64,000 nucleotides of DNA, taken from assembly GCF_000143415.4 (NCBI RefSeq), contig NW_003314315.1, positions 496,001 to 560,000 of the forward strand, given 5' to 3'. Both the position numbers and the translations under genes were made by a program. Origin of the DNA: Selaginella moellendorffii. Its lineage: Eukaryota > Plantae > Lycopodiophyta. Below, one piece after another: positions 26,564 through 39,193 of the stretch. Under the pieces are notes generated by a model that ran no database searches, was not told the origin of the DNA, and worked only from the letters and a program-made list of their open reading frames with translations. The first letter of the stretch is position 1. The number at the start of each line of letters is the position of its first letter.

Positions 26564-26733
26564 GATATATATATATATACATAAATATATACATATTATA
26601 TTTTAAATATTATAGTGTGATGTCACAAAATTCGAGAAAGTGGAAGAAATCCCTGCATTTGTAGCTAGTGCTCTTCTTTTGCGTTTTGAAACTTAGCACG
26701 ACAATCATCTAATTGTCCATCCAAAGAGTGTTT

Positions 26734-28515
26734 CTACTCTGCTGGCGGCGCCTCTTCACCCTCGCCCTCTACATTCACAGGCTCTGGCGGCTTAGGAATG
26801 GGAGGAAGATCACGCCTTTCCGGTCCGAGCCCTTCGAATTCCTTCATCACAGGTGGTGGTAATGGTGGGACGTAGTGTCTCAGCTTCCTTCCCCAGCCGA
26901 TGTAGACGTTGCTAAAGCCAGTCGGAGTCACCACTGTGAAAGCACCAGGCCAGAGTATAGACCGCAACCCGATCACCTGGTGCTTGAGGTTCTTGTGAGT
27001 CGAGCTGGTTATAAACGACCACTGCTTCCATCCTTCCATCAGCTCGGCGTCCGTGTCCACCGAAGTTAGCCGCTCCGGGATCACTTCAGTCTCCTCGGGA
27101 CTGGGAGGCTTCTCTTCTTTCTCCTCGCCACCACCTTCTTCGCCCTCTTCCTCCTTTTTCTCGGGAACGTAGAGAGCCGTCCGGCCTTGCAGGTTGAGGT
27201 ACTGGTTCTTGTGTACCCAGTTTTCCAGTGTTTTCAGCTCGGCAAATCCTAGCGGTGCGTATTCCTCACTCTTTTCAAGGTTCCCACCGCCGGCTCCTCC
27301 CTCTTCAGCCTCAGCAACCTTCGCAACGAGGAACAAACCATCAGAGGTTAAACAGGTAGAAAGAAACTCCAACCTTGTAAAATCCTTTGATAGCAAGTTC
27401 TGTTGTGGCTGATATTCTTGCGATCTGTGCTCTCAGATAGTTCTCCTCGAGTCCAGGGAACACTGGAAACGCCGAAACTTCAGCCTGGAAGCGTCACGGC
27501 GGAGTTTTCTCAAGAGCTCATGAAATCCAAGTAAGCAATTTTGCGAACTCTACAATATACCTTCAAGTCTCCAGTCAAGAACTTTTTTATCTGCCTCGCG
27601 GTCTTGATTTGCAGCGGCGTCACGTCTGGAAGCCTGTAAAACTCGGCGCCTGGCCGGCTACAAACCCAGTACGTGTGCCCATTCGGTCCAATTCCATTTT
27701 CTTTTGGAATCGCTTCAACGCCATAGGAAGGGAGCTTTGCAGCTTCTTCCAGAGATACGGACTTACTAGTTGTCTCAAACACGTAGTAGTTGCTGCCAGA
27801 TGAAAACTTCGTATCAACAGTTGGATAGAAAAGCGAGTGAAAGTTCTTACCTCTTGATCCCAAAGAACTTGCCGAAGAACCTCATCTTTAGCACCATCTT
27901 CGTGCTCGCGAGCTGTCTCATCGCCAAGACAACTTGGTAGTTCTCGGCTCGGCCCAGCCCCATTCCAACGGCCTCGAAGAAGATCGAGTCGTAGAGGTAA
28001 TTCTCTGCGCTATAGGCAGGATCATTTTCTTCTTTCGTTTCCTCTTCGTCACCATTTTGTTCCTGGGATTCCAGGGGGGGAGGCTTTCGATCCGGGTGAC
28101 TGGAAAATCGAAAAGAGAAGTTTCACTCCTTGGAATCAAGGGAAAACGAAGAAGAAAAACTTTACCAAGGATTTTGGTTTTGTAGTTGCCCCGGGAAGGA
28201 TACCTCTGCAGGCTGATGAACTGCTTGACGAACTTCTCCTTTGCGTGGAATTTCCACGAGCGTGGAACTTTGGGGCCTTCCTCTGGAATAAATCTGGTCT
28301 GTTTGAGAAGCAAGCTCAACTCCAAGAGATCCACAGCGCTATCCGGCTTTGTGGCAACAAGCTGCGCAAAGATAGATAACATTTGGAACTTTAACGAATG
28401 TTTGCTTGCTTACGAATTGGATGAGTTGCGATAGATGCGAGAACACCGAATCGCCATTCGTGGTGGATTTCTTCTGCAAGAACGCGACGCATTGTTCCGT
28501 CGTCATGTTTCCCAT
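26734..28515 (-). CDS. RSPH4/6: Flagellar radial spoke head protein 4/6 family, multi-exon
   Basis: RFFGKFFG, GPNGHTYWVC, LPDVTPLQIKTARQIKKFLTGDL, FPGLEENYLRAQIARIS, LRSILWPGA, FSNVYIGWG, acidic Pro-rich tail. Confidence 0.88.
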
Positions 28516-28710
28516 CGCCAAGAACCCTAAGAAACAGTTTTCCCCTAAACCTCTTTATCCTCTTCCAGATCCAACGGCGACAATTCCACGCGGCAAAAAC
28601 CAACGGCCCAGATCCGACTAGACGAGCGAATACTCTAGTATTTTTATTTTTGACGTGTAAGCGTGGGAGACAAGGAAGAGAACCGCGAAGAGAATCCATC
28701 GATAGATCGA

Positions 28711-29097
28711 TCAATCCCTCTTCACACTGATCTGCTTGGTGGTCTTCTCCAGATCCACGAGGATGTGCGTGACGCGGTACGAGAACCAGTAGAGCAGAAT
28801 CGCGAAAACCCCAAGTATGCCATTGCGCTGGCTCTTCATCACCGATTTGGCGTAGTGCTCGCGATCCATCGCCGTGCAGCTCCCCGCCTGGCACTGGATC
28901 CTATTCTCATACTTCATGTAGACGTCGAGGAGGAGGAATCCTGCGAAGGGAAGAACCGCCAATAGAGGGCGGAGGATGCTGCTCGAGACGCCGATGATGC
29001 TACTCCGGAATTTCGCCGGCCATGGGAACGTCAAGAAGAGCAGCAGTAGCGACTCCGCGGCCACGACAATCATCAATCCCGCCCATTCCAGCGCCAT
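28711..29097 (-). CDS. BAP31/BAP29-like ER membrane protein, intronless
   Basis: MALEW...AAESLLLLFLTFPWP, three hydrophobic segments, KSVMKSQRN motif. Confidence 0.85.
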   Translation of the reverse strand: MALEWAGLMIVVAAESLLLLFLTFPWPAKFRSSIIGVSSSILRPLLAVLPFAGFLLLDVYMKYENRIQCQAGSCTAMDREHYAKSVMKSQRNGILGVFAILLYWFSYRVTHILVDLEKTTKQISVKRD

Positions 29098-29334
29098 CGA
29101 AGAAACCCTAGCTCTCACTCCAGCCAAGAACCCTAGATTTAAACAGCAGCAAGGATATACCTCGCTTTGCTAACGGTATCAAAGGGCGGACGGCCCGGAT
29201 CGCGCCACGTGAAATCATTATCTTTTGTCAATGCGAGCTTCGTGAGAGCTCGCGCGAGGGAAAGAGAAAGAGAGAGAGATGCCAAGGTTTTCTTTCCTCC
29301 TCGATTTCGCTGCGATGGTAATGGATTAGCGGCA

Positions 29335-31749
29335 ATGGCGATGGCGATGGAGCGCCTGGGCACGCTCAACACGACGGCTCCCACAGGGTGCGTTGCCCTC
29401 TTCTCGGATGCCTCGATTAGGTCACGCAGCTTCTCCATCACCAAATCTTCGCGGTGTAGGGGAATTAGGCTAGAATGTGGCAGGCTGCGAATCGGGAGGA
29501 GGAATTTTCACGTAGTCAAGTGTGAGAGTGGTCCAGACGATGGAGAAAAGGATGGAAAGAATGGAAAATCGTCGGCTTCCACTGCTACTGAAGATGGAGA
29601 GGACGAGACCAAGCCAAGTTCTTCGTCACATCAACCGGTAAGCCTTCCAATCATTTTTTCTTTCGAAAGTTCCTGCTAGCCCGCTTGGCTGGTCTTAGAA
29701 TTTCCTTCTCGCCAAGATTTTCTGTTATCTTTGCGTTCTTTCTTTCTTCTTAAGTTGGCAAGCTAACGAGCTTGGCTGGTCTTAGAAGAATTTTCTTCTC
29801 GATGAGATTCTTTGTTCCTTTCGTTTTTCTTCTTTCTTCTTTGATATTTGCGTTCTTTCTGTCTTTTTCAGTTTGCACCAGCTAGCGAGCTTCTTCTGAA
29901 TGAATTTTTCTTGTTTTGTGTGCATGCCATAGCCACAAAATGGCTTCCAACAAGCAGGGCCTAAGACTGTTCAGCTTGATGCCTTCAGATTCATGGAGCT
30001 GGTCGGTCCAGAGAAAGTCGATCCAGAAGACGTGAAGCTGCTCAAAGACAAGGTTTTTGGCTACACGACCTTCTGGGTGACAGGCCAGGAGCCTTTCGGA
30101 GTTCTTGGCGAAGGCATTCTCTTCCTCGGAAACCTTCGAGGACAGCGAGAAGAGGTCTTTGCGAAGCTCCAAAAGGGTGTCCGTGAGCTGATCGGCAACA
30201 AGTACGATCTCTTCATGGTTGAAGAGCCAAACTCTGAAGAACCAGATCCTCGGGGAGGTCCTCGAGTGAGTTTTCTACTGCTCAGGAAGGAGGCCTCGGA
30301 CACCGGACGGACGGGCCTCTGGCAGTACGTCGTCGCTGCGGTCCTCTTTTTTATCACGGCTGGTGCTTGTCTTCAGCTTGGATTTGCCACACAGGTACTC
30401 TTCATCTCTCCTGTAAGTCATTCATACCTCTTTTTCTTTTTTCTTTTTGTAGTTGCAAGTTTCAAAGCTTCCACCCGAGATAGTCCAGTACTTCACAAAT
30501 CCTGAATCCACGGAGCCACCGGATTTAGATCTTCTAGTGCCTTATGTGGAGTCAGCTCTTCCGCTCGCATATGGAGTTTTTGGCGTGCAACTGTTTCATG
30601 TAAGCTCCTCGGAATCCGAGTTATCTGCTCTTTCTAATGTTTTTGTTTCAGGAGATTGGACATAGATTAGCTGCAGCACCTTTAGGTGTGAAGCTGGGAA
30701 TTCCTTACTTCATTCCAAATATTACTCTTGGCAGCTTCGGTGCTATCACGCAGGTTAGCACCATAAAAAAACTGAAAAATCCAGTGCTTGGAGAAGTAAC
30801 CTTTTATTTTCCTGCATCATGCAGTTCAAATCTATATGCCCAGACCGGAAAGCAAAATTTGACGTTTCCATGGCAGGCCCATTGGCTGGAGGATTTCTCT
30901 CGGTTGCAATGGTGGGAGTCGGCCTTTTGCTCTCGGCAAAAGGAGCACCTGAAGGGACACTTGTGCAAGTTCCCAGTGTTGTCTTCCAAGGCTCTTTTCT
31001 CTTGGGACTGGTCGCCAGGGCCGCTCTAGGATACGAGTAAGCTTTTGGTCTTTGTAATCTGTGCGTTTGTTTTGATGAAGCTCTGTGTGGAATTTTCCAA
31101 TGCAGTGTATTGCACGCGGGAACTGTTGCAGTGCATCCGCTGGTAATAGCTGGCTGGTAAGAGGATGTCACCATTGTCTTTGAAAAGCTCTTAGAAGTTC
31201 CGTGTGCTTGTTTCCTCCCAGGTGTGGACTAACGACGACAGCATTCAACTTGCTTCCAGTGGGATGTATCGACGGAGGAAGAGCACTCCAGGTTCATAAT
31301 TCACTCAAAATCGAACTCTTGATCATGACTCTGAGTGAGTGCATACAGGCCGCATTCGGGAGCAAGGTGTTGAATATCGCTGGCTTGATCACTTACGTGC
31401 TACTCGGACTGGGAGTGGTAATCTTAGAAACGTTTAAGCCTTTCTTCTCACTCAACGTTCACGCAGTTGGGAGGTCCACTGTCTTTGCCGTGGGGTTTGT
31501 ACATTATCATCGTCCAGGTACGTCGGTTCTTTCGTTTCTTAGAGAGTTCTTACTGTGTGTTTTCCGATACAGAGATCGTCCGAGAAGGCCTGCCTCAACG
31601 ACGTTACTGGTGTTGGCACTTGGAGGCAAATCGTCTATGCTGTGGCGCTAGTGTTGGTCGTTTTGACGCTCTTGCCGTTGTGGGATGGCTTGGCCACCCA
31701 GCTTGGCATTGGCATTGGAACCCCAGACTCACTCGATCTATTTATGTGA
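29335..31749 (+). CDS. EGY1: Chloroplast zinc metalloprotease, peptidase M50 (EGY1-like), multi-exon
   Basis: Transit peptide; FGYTTFWVT, GNLRG, LFH|EIGH (HExxH split by an intron), NLLPVGCIDGG. Confidence 0.92.
29675..29910 (+). repeat. Imperfect ~85-120 bp tandem repeat (about 2.5 copies) in EGY1 intron 1
   Basis: GCTA..GCTTGGCTGGTCTTAGAA unit at ~29675 and ~29762, partial copy at ~29881. Confidence 0.6.
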
Positions 31750-32099
31750 AAGCTTCCAGGAGAAACGATGGCTTTTTTTTCTTTCCATTTCGCGGCAAGA
31801 AACAATTTTTCACGCATTCGTTGACAGAGAACCTGTGTGACGAGATTGTGGTACAAGAAAATGATGTGCTTGCAACTCTGGACCTGCCGATTTTGAACTC
31901 CTTTTTGGAAATCAAAACAATTTCCATTCCTATTGTCACCTTGTATGTTTTTCCATTGTTGTTTAGGAAAACATCCTCTTTTTAGAATTCTTGCTTTCAT
32001 CAAAATAGCACTCTGCAACGTTTTCTGAATGTGAAAAGAGAAACGTGTGGCAAAAAAAAATATTTGGATATATATATAGCATATATATATCCAAAAGTG

Positions 32100-32535
32100 T
32101 AGTGGCACCCCTAGTATGCAAAATTTATTAGGATCGGCTGGGCTGGAGCGAACTCTAACACGACTGTACAAAAATATATATATTTTTGGATATATATCCA
32201 AAATATATATTCAAAAGCCACCGGAACAAACTGTTCTAAGCACATATAGCTCAACAATCACATTTCTCGCGTGGTTAAAGAAATAACCCTTTTACAGTTA
32301 CCCTCCATCGGATGGCTGCAATTGGCTGGATCTGGCGGCCCAGAAAGTTCGGCAACTCCTCCTTATTGTGATAGATATACAAATTCAAAAGTAAGGCTTT
32401 AGGTGAGCAAAGATGGATGTAACAAATTTAACGTGGGAGATTGGACTAATATATGCAAAGATTGAAGTATAGTGGCACCCCTAGTATGCAAAATTTATTA
32501 GGATCGGCTGGGCTGGAGCGAACTCTAACACGACT
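32100..32535. repeat. ~66-bp direct repeat bracketing a Helitron 5'-end fragment
   Basis: TAGTGGCACCCCTAGTATGCAAAATTTATTAGGATCGGCTGGGCTGGAGCGAACTCTAACACGACT at ~32100 and ~32470. Confidence 0.85.
32265..32375 (-). mobile_element. Helitron 5'-terminal fragment
   Basis: Strong match to 44957-45064; minus-strand A|TCTATCACAATAAGGAG terminus. Confidence 0.7.
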
Positions 32536-33269
32536 AGACCCTGGGTTTACCTGAGAAGAGAACACAAGCAAACTGTTCTAAGCACGTTGAAGAAACGAGA
32601 AATGAAGTTGGCTCCGAGCTCGAGAAGTTGAGACATCACATTGTTCATCTGAAAAGCGGCATGACTTTGCAAAGAATTCCAATAATCCCATTAGGGCCCA
32701 ATGGAATGTTCCTGGGGGGGCAAATCTAAGAATGCAGGTGAGATCTGACCCTCCTGAGCATCAAATCACACAAAACAAGCACCGAAGCGCACAGAATCAC
32801 AGCATCAATGTAGCAATCCCGCAAAACAATGCAAGAGATTGCAAGGACCCTGTCCAGAAATCCATACCCTGGGCAGATCGATCGCGATCTCCAATCCAAA
32901 ACCCTGCCGCCCGGAGCACCAAACCATCGCCCTTGCTCTGGACTGTGTGGAGGTCCAAATAGCTAAACTTTTGTCTGTAGAGCACCGTTTGGAACCAGCT
33001 GGCAAGCCAATCAAATAGACTTCCTTTTCCCCCTGTCCCTATATCTCTCTTTTGCTCGCTTGATCCAAGCCATTTTGAAAATTTGGTGCCAAGAACATCC
33101 GAGTAGTTATTGACAAATCATGTTAGTAGTAAAGACGAGGTTTGTTATGGGTTTTTGTGAGAATCTTTTATAGCACATAAGGATATTCTGAAAGGAGCAT
33201 ATTCTGCTCTATTGTGAGAATATTCTAGAATTCTGAGAAACTGAAATCAATCTGTATTTTTAATGCTTT

Positions 33270-33972
33270 ATGAATAAAATAATCAACTTTACCTAAACTT
33301 ATTCAAGTATTAGAATCTTTGAATATTTTAGGTCAAAAAGTAACTTTTATAATTTAATTTAGCAGTATTTACAAATATAATAAGAAAATTATATTTTGTA
33401 CAAATGGTCTATCTAAATATCACTAAAATATATAGAACCCAATAGCAGGTGATGGTATATCAAATGTGGGTTGACTTAGTTTTATGAATGTGTAGGACTA
33501 TGACCAAAACTTCAATTGTTAATACAAAAAATTTAAATAACTTTAACAATCAGAGTATATGTTATATTTTTATATGTAGCCTTAGTTACTTATAATCTAA
33601 CTCATTATAATAAAAAAAAACTAAGATAATGTATGCAGTATTTGATTAGACAGTAATATTTTAAAATCTTTTTACTAACTACAAATATAGTTTATTAGTG
33701 CATAATACTATGGAATATAATATTTAAATTTATAGTTTCTATAACATATATATTTACAAATAATTATATTCATTAAGTATATTCATATTTCCAAATAATA
33801 ATTTTTATCTAATATTTTTATTAATGAATATTTATTCTTACTTATGCCTAGGAGTATATTTTGTTCTAAATTCAAGCTACATTTTGTATTCATCTAGCAT
33901 TTTTTCAGCATAATTCCCTCAATTCTTGATACTATTTCAATTTAATTTTTAATATATTAAAAAATCAAAACA
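33270..33972 (+). mobile_element. AT-rich Helitron 3'-internal fragment (inverted copy of ~42585-43540), terminal hairpin missing
   Basis: For example TATTCTTACTTATGCCTAGGA at ~33833 is the reverse complement of the sequence at ~42765; similarity stops at AATCAAAACAG. Confidence 0.7.
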
Positions 33973-34641
33973 GCTGGCCAGGATACTAAGCGAGTGACTA
34001 TATGAAACAGTGAGTACATGATGATGGTGTCGGCCTGTGCCCACCAAAAAAGTCAAGAATGTAAACTATGAACAGGGGAACTGAATCATATTAAGAATAA
34101 AAAATTTCATAGCGCTGCCGTCGTCTTCGTGCTCGTTGTCGAGTCTGGAGGCATGACACGTGGCCGATGACATCAGTTGGCCGAGAACTAGATACGAGAG
34201 GGGTCCCCTGGTGACTATATGAAACAGTGACTAGATGATGATGGTGTGGGCCCGCGCACACCGAAAGAGTCCTAGGCTTTGACGGTACTTTTCTTTTGTC
34301 TGTTCAACATATACTTCAGGTATATGTAGAACAAACAAAACAAACAGTAAAATGCCCCAACATCCAATGGGCTACTCTGAAATCGTCCCTGATAAGGACA
34401 TATCACGTCATGAGAAATCAAAGTCATGATAACGACATATAAAGTCAACATTAGTACTTCTATTACTTTACTTGCCCAGTCATATATTGATGTCATCGGC
34501 CACGTGTCATGCCACGTCGCTTTTCGAGATCGCAGGATTTTGGACAGTTCTTCGCGGCTGTGGCAGCTTGGCGCTAGCACAGATTTCGGCATCAAGCACT
34601 CTTGCTGGCGGCTTTCGCTTGTAAATCCGCGCTGCTTTGCA

Positions 34642-35550
34642 ATGGGTGGATCGTTGTCACAAGCTCGTGGGGAGTGGAGGAAGTGCCGTTGCATCCAAAT
34701 CAGCTCGAAGCTCCCATCCGACACAGCACTGCGCGACCAGCTGTGCCTTGATCTGCCCAACGAACCCAAGAGCCAGCAGCTCGTGGATGTCTCAATGGCG
34801 ATTCTCCCATCCCTACGGAAAACCTGCGCCAACACTGAAGTGGCTCTGGAGATCAAGAACTTCCTTCTCGGTGTGGATGAAAACGAGGTAATCATCAACA
34901 CCAAGGCTCTAGGATTTTACCCATACCGCTTCAAATTCCATATTAGTCCACAGCTTGGCGAGATGGAAAATTCTGCCATTGCTATATATGACTACAATTT
35001 CCATGGTGCTAATGCCAACTCCAGCACTCTCACCACTCTCACCAAGAACAGCGAAGGTGAGCTTGGAGCTCGACTTGATTTACGGGCAGTAAAGTTCATA
35101 GTAAAGAAGAGGGGCAGTCACTCCAAGAGCCAATGGACTACGAGTCCATCAATGTTGGAGCTCCAGGGAACACGGCACAGCTCGAGTGGAAATTACTTCG
35201 CTGGAATCACAACGGGATGAAATATAATCCATCCAAACCATACTGTGGGCTAAGTTCCCTCGAGGTACATGCTTTATTCCTTTGGATTCCTTTCACTTCG
35301 TTTTCTTTCTATCTAGCCGCCTTTCCGAGGAGGACGAACAAAAATCAGCGTGGAAGACTTTCCTGTTATTGTGTGGCATCTGCCCGCGACCACGGCGTCC
35401 AAGTTTCAGCTCGGGTTCAACATTCGTCTGGAGGCCGACATGCATCTCCTCTGGTACCGGAGAAGCAAATGGATGCGCCGAAGAGTCAAGGAGTACATCA
35501 GCAAGAGAGTCGGATTTTCTAGTGAGTTTGTGGTCTCCGATGGTGAGTGA
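34642..35550 (+). pseudogene. Orphan gene X copy 1, frameshifted near 35110
   Basis: Colinear with 52831-53958; AAGAAGAGGGGCAG against AAGAAGAAGTGGGGGCAG in the paralog shifts the frame. Confidence 0.7.
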
Positions 35551-35743
35551 GAAGTCTGGACACACTTTTGATATCAAATTTTTATTTTTATAGAGAATGA
35601 AAAAAGAAAGGTGGTGGCTGCGCAGCCCTTTCTTTTTCCCTTTCTCATTTGGATTCGCATTTAGGGATTTGTCAAGCTCAAAATTTGGCGCGAATGTGTA
35701 AAGGGGTTTTGGCCCCTGGTTAGGGTTAGGGCATCCCAGGGCC

Positions 35744-36462
35744 ATGGCAGAGGGAGGCGCGGTTCAGGCGCTTCCTCCACACAGATCTTGCTCCAGGACA
35801 TGGCGGGCCTCACAGTGCGCCTTCTCGAGCTAGCGGGTAAGCAAGCGTCTTGCTTCTCTTTCCTCTCCAGATCGAGACTTGGTCAATGCAGGCAGCAAAT
35901 CGTGGCAAGGTAGCCATCTCAAGAGCGTGGAGCAGGCATCGCGGAGGCGGTGGCGGCCAAGGACGAGTTTGCCAAGCAGGTCCTGGAGCTCACGCTGGAG
36001 GTATTCATCCAAGGAGAGGAAGACAATGGACGCCGAGGTGGACGAGCGCGTTTCCTACGCTCATAGGATCAGCTACACCCGATTATCTTCTCGGTCAGCC
36101 CCCTCAGGAGCAGCAACGCAGCCCTACCACTACAGCGACATGGATCTGGGCGTCTTGAAAGCTCCGGAAACCGCACCGCCACCAGCGCCATTCCTGCCGT
36201 CGCCAACTGTGAAAAAATCACCACCAAAAGAAGCAGCAGCAGGAAAGCTCACGCCCTCTCCACTCCGGTTACACTTCCCGGACTGCCTCCCGGATGGAAG
36301 CCCGGAGATCCGGTTCCACTGCCGGAAGTGGCACCGCCAGCTCCAATTCCAACAGCGTGCGCTCCAGGAGTAATCAAGGTGCCGTTCGTGCAGCTGGATT
36401 TAAACCCGGAGCTCGAGGACGACTACGCCTTGGACGAGGAGCAAAGCTCCGAGGAAGAGTGA
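35744..36462 (+). pseudogene. MED4 pseudogene with multiple deletions
   Basis: Same start, intron and end as 51764-52778, but with internal deletions and frameshifts. Confidence 0.85.
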
Positions 36463-36754
36463 GGAACCAAGTAAGTTGGCATTCTTTCTAAGTTCTTTGA
36501 GACTTCCTTTGTACCCTCAGGCTAACCACGATCAAAATCAAGAAGTCTCATGTCCTACCAGGAAGGAGAACTCGATATTGCAAGTTAAAATCGAAACTTT
36601 GGGGGGAACAAATACTCAATTCAAATCCGGGGGTAAGCACAGCCTTTTCCACTTACACCAGGTCTTGCGTAACCGACTTCTTAACCTTGAGCTACAGAAG
36701 CACGGACTTCACGAACGCGAAGAAAAAGCTCTTGGTTCTGCCAGAAGAGAAGAT

Positions 36755-37220
36755 CTACCGGAAGGGGAACTGCTGCATCAGCGGTCTCAGTCGTTCTAAA
36801 ACATCTGACATGATTCAAGCACATCGTCGCGATCATGCCGAGCTCCCGCGGCACCTTGACGTGATCCGGCAGTAGCCTCAGCCGGGATCCACGATGGGGA
36901 GGACATGGTTCGCCCTCCCAGCGCGACCAACCAGGTACGTTCCCAACTACCTGAACTTTCCTGTTACTGATGATCTCCGCCAGCAGAAGACGTCCATGGC
37001 GGCGATGGTGGCGGCGCGATCGTCCAGGGGGAAACCCTGGGCGTCCTCCACCGTGGCGACCCGGTGGCGCCGCCGCTGTGCCTGGCGCTGCGCATCCACC
37101 TCGCCTTCGCCGCCGCCAAGTGCGTCAAGACGCTCCACTACGGCCACGAGATCGTCCCCCGGGATCTCCGCTCCACAAACTTGTGTATCGAGCGCGACTG
37201 GATCGTCCCCACTTCCCCGG
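36755..37220. pseudogene. Rearranged RLCK kinase pseudogene (internal inversion), fused to an EGY fragment
   Basis: 36755-37000 matches the kinase 3' end in minus orientation; 37000-37210 matches the kinase middle in plus orientation. Confidence 0.8.
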
Positions 37221-37224
37221 TCGA

Positions 37225-38570
37225 ACGGGTCTCTGGCAGTACGTCGTCTCTTTTTTATCACGGCTGGTGGAAGTCTTCAGCTTGGATTTGCCACACAGGT
37301 ACATACACCGTTTTTCATCTCTCCTGAAAGTCATTCTTACCTGGTTTCTTGTTTTTTTTGCTGTGGTTGCAAGTTTCAAAGCTTCCACCCGAGATCGTCC
37401 AGTTCCACAGAGCCACCGGATTTAGATCTTGTAGTGCCTTATGTGGAGTCAGCTCTTCCGCTCGCATATGGAGTTTTTTACGTGCAACTGTCTCGGGACT
37501 CCGTGCTATCTTTCTAATGTTTTTGTTCCAGGAAATTGGACATAGATCACCTTTAGGTGTGTAAGTGAGTCTTGGTAGCTTCGGTGCTATCACGCAAGTT
37601 ACAACCACAAACAAACTGAAAAATCCAGTGCTCGGAGAAGTAACCTTTTCTTTTCATGCACCCAAACTTTGACGTTTCCATGGCAGGCCCATTGGCTGGA
37701 GGTTTCTCTCGGTTGCAATGGTGGGAGTCGGCCTTCTGCTCTCGGCCAAAGGAGCACCTGAAGCGACACTTGCGCAAGTTCCCAGTGTTGTCTTCCAAGG
37801 CTCTTTTCTCTTGGGACTCGTCAATAGGGCCGCTCTAGGATACAAGTAAGCTTTTGGTCTTTGTAAACTGTGCGTTTGTTTTGATGAAGCTCTGTGTGGA
37901 ATTTTCCAATGCAGTGTATTGCACGCGGGAACTGTTGCAGTGCATTAGCTGGCTGGTAAGAGGATGTCACCATTGTCTTTGAAAAGCTCTTAGAAGTTCC
38001 GTGTGCTTATTTCCTCCCAGGTGTGGATTAACGACGACTGCATTTAACTTGCTTCCAGTGGGATGAAGAGCTCTCCAGGTTCGTAATTCACTCAAAATCG
38101 ATCTCTTGATCATGACTCTGAGTGAGTGCATACAGGCCACATTCGGGAGTAAGGTGTTGAATGTCACTGGCTTGATCACTTATGTGCTACTTGGACTGGG
38201 TAGAGGCATTTAAGACTTTCTTCTCACTAAACTTCAGTTAGGAGGTCCACTGTCTTTACCTTGGGGTTTGTACATTATCATCGTCCAGGTATTTCGGTTC
38301 TTTCGTTTCGTAGAGAGTTCTTACTGTGTACAGAGATCGTCCGAGAAGGCCTGCCTCAACGTATTGGCACTTGGAGGCAAATCGCCTATGCTGTGGCGCT
38401 AGTGTTGGTCGTTTTGACGCTCTTGCTGTGGGATGGCTTGGCCACCCAGCTTGGCATTGACATTGGAAAAGCTACGATGGTTTTTTTCTTTCCATTTCGC
38501 GGCAAGAAACAATTTTGCACGCATTCGTCGACACAGAACCTGTGTGACGAGATTGTGTTACAAGAAGACA
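37225..38570 (+). pseudogene. 5'-truncated EGY1 pseudogene that retains introns
   Basis: Colinear with ~30310-31855 with many small deletions; the HExxH region is disrupted. Confidence 0.88.
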
Positions 38571-38635
38571 GTGGAAAAACTAATCAAAATGGAGCTTCTA
38601 TCAGCTATGGTCTTGTGTATCTCCCTCCCAGTGGC

Positions 38636-39193
38636 TTAGATTGGCTTGATCTTGAAGTGGAGGCCGATGAGCGAGAAGGCAAAGCACTTGAGATCCTGGA
38701 ACCCACCATCTGTCACAACGAGGAAAGAAAAAAAAGGAAGAGAAACTTGCCTGGACGAGGAAGTAGAAGATGCGAAGGCCCTCTGGATCGTTACTGCTCT
38801 GGACGTCTAGCAGCGATCCAATCTTGGACGTCGCAAAGGAGATGTGCTCGTTGCCTATCACAACCTCCAGCTCCTGGCGCCCGACCTTGTCCGGCTGTGG
38901 CCAGTTGCTATCGTCCTCTTTCATGATCTGCCAAGAACAAAGGAGGATACGAGGCCAAGCTAGAAAGAATCGATGGATACCTCGCTGTCGACGATGATGC
39001 GCTTGCACTCCCGGAGCACAGCGTTGGTGACATAGACCTCCTTGCGGATCATGGTGTCGTTCTTGTAGTTGGAGTTATTGGCGTACCTCAGCTTCCCATC
39101 CGGCCGGAACTCAAACTCGAGGAACTCGTGCCCAAACTTGCCCTTGTGACCCACGTAGTAGCGCAAGTAGAACTCGCCCACATCGTCCGCCAT
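38636..39193 (-). CDS. MAGO: Mago nashi (exon junction complex core), 3 exons
   Basis: [39 protein letters not shown]...GRQELEV...[13 protein letters not shown]; intron 38696-38750 has a GC donor. Confidence 0.96.
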
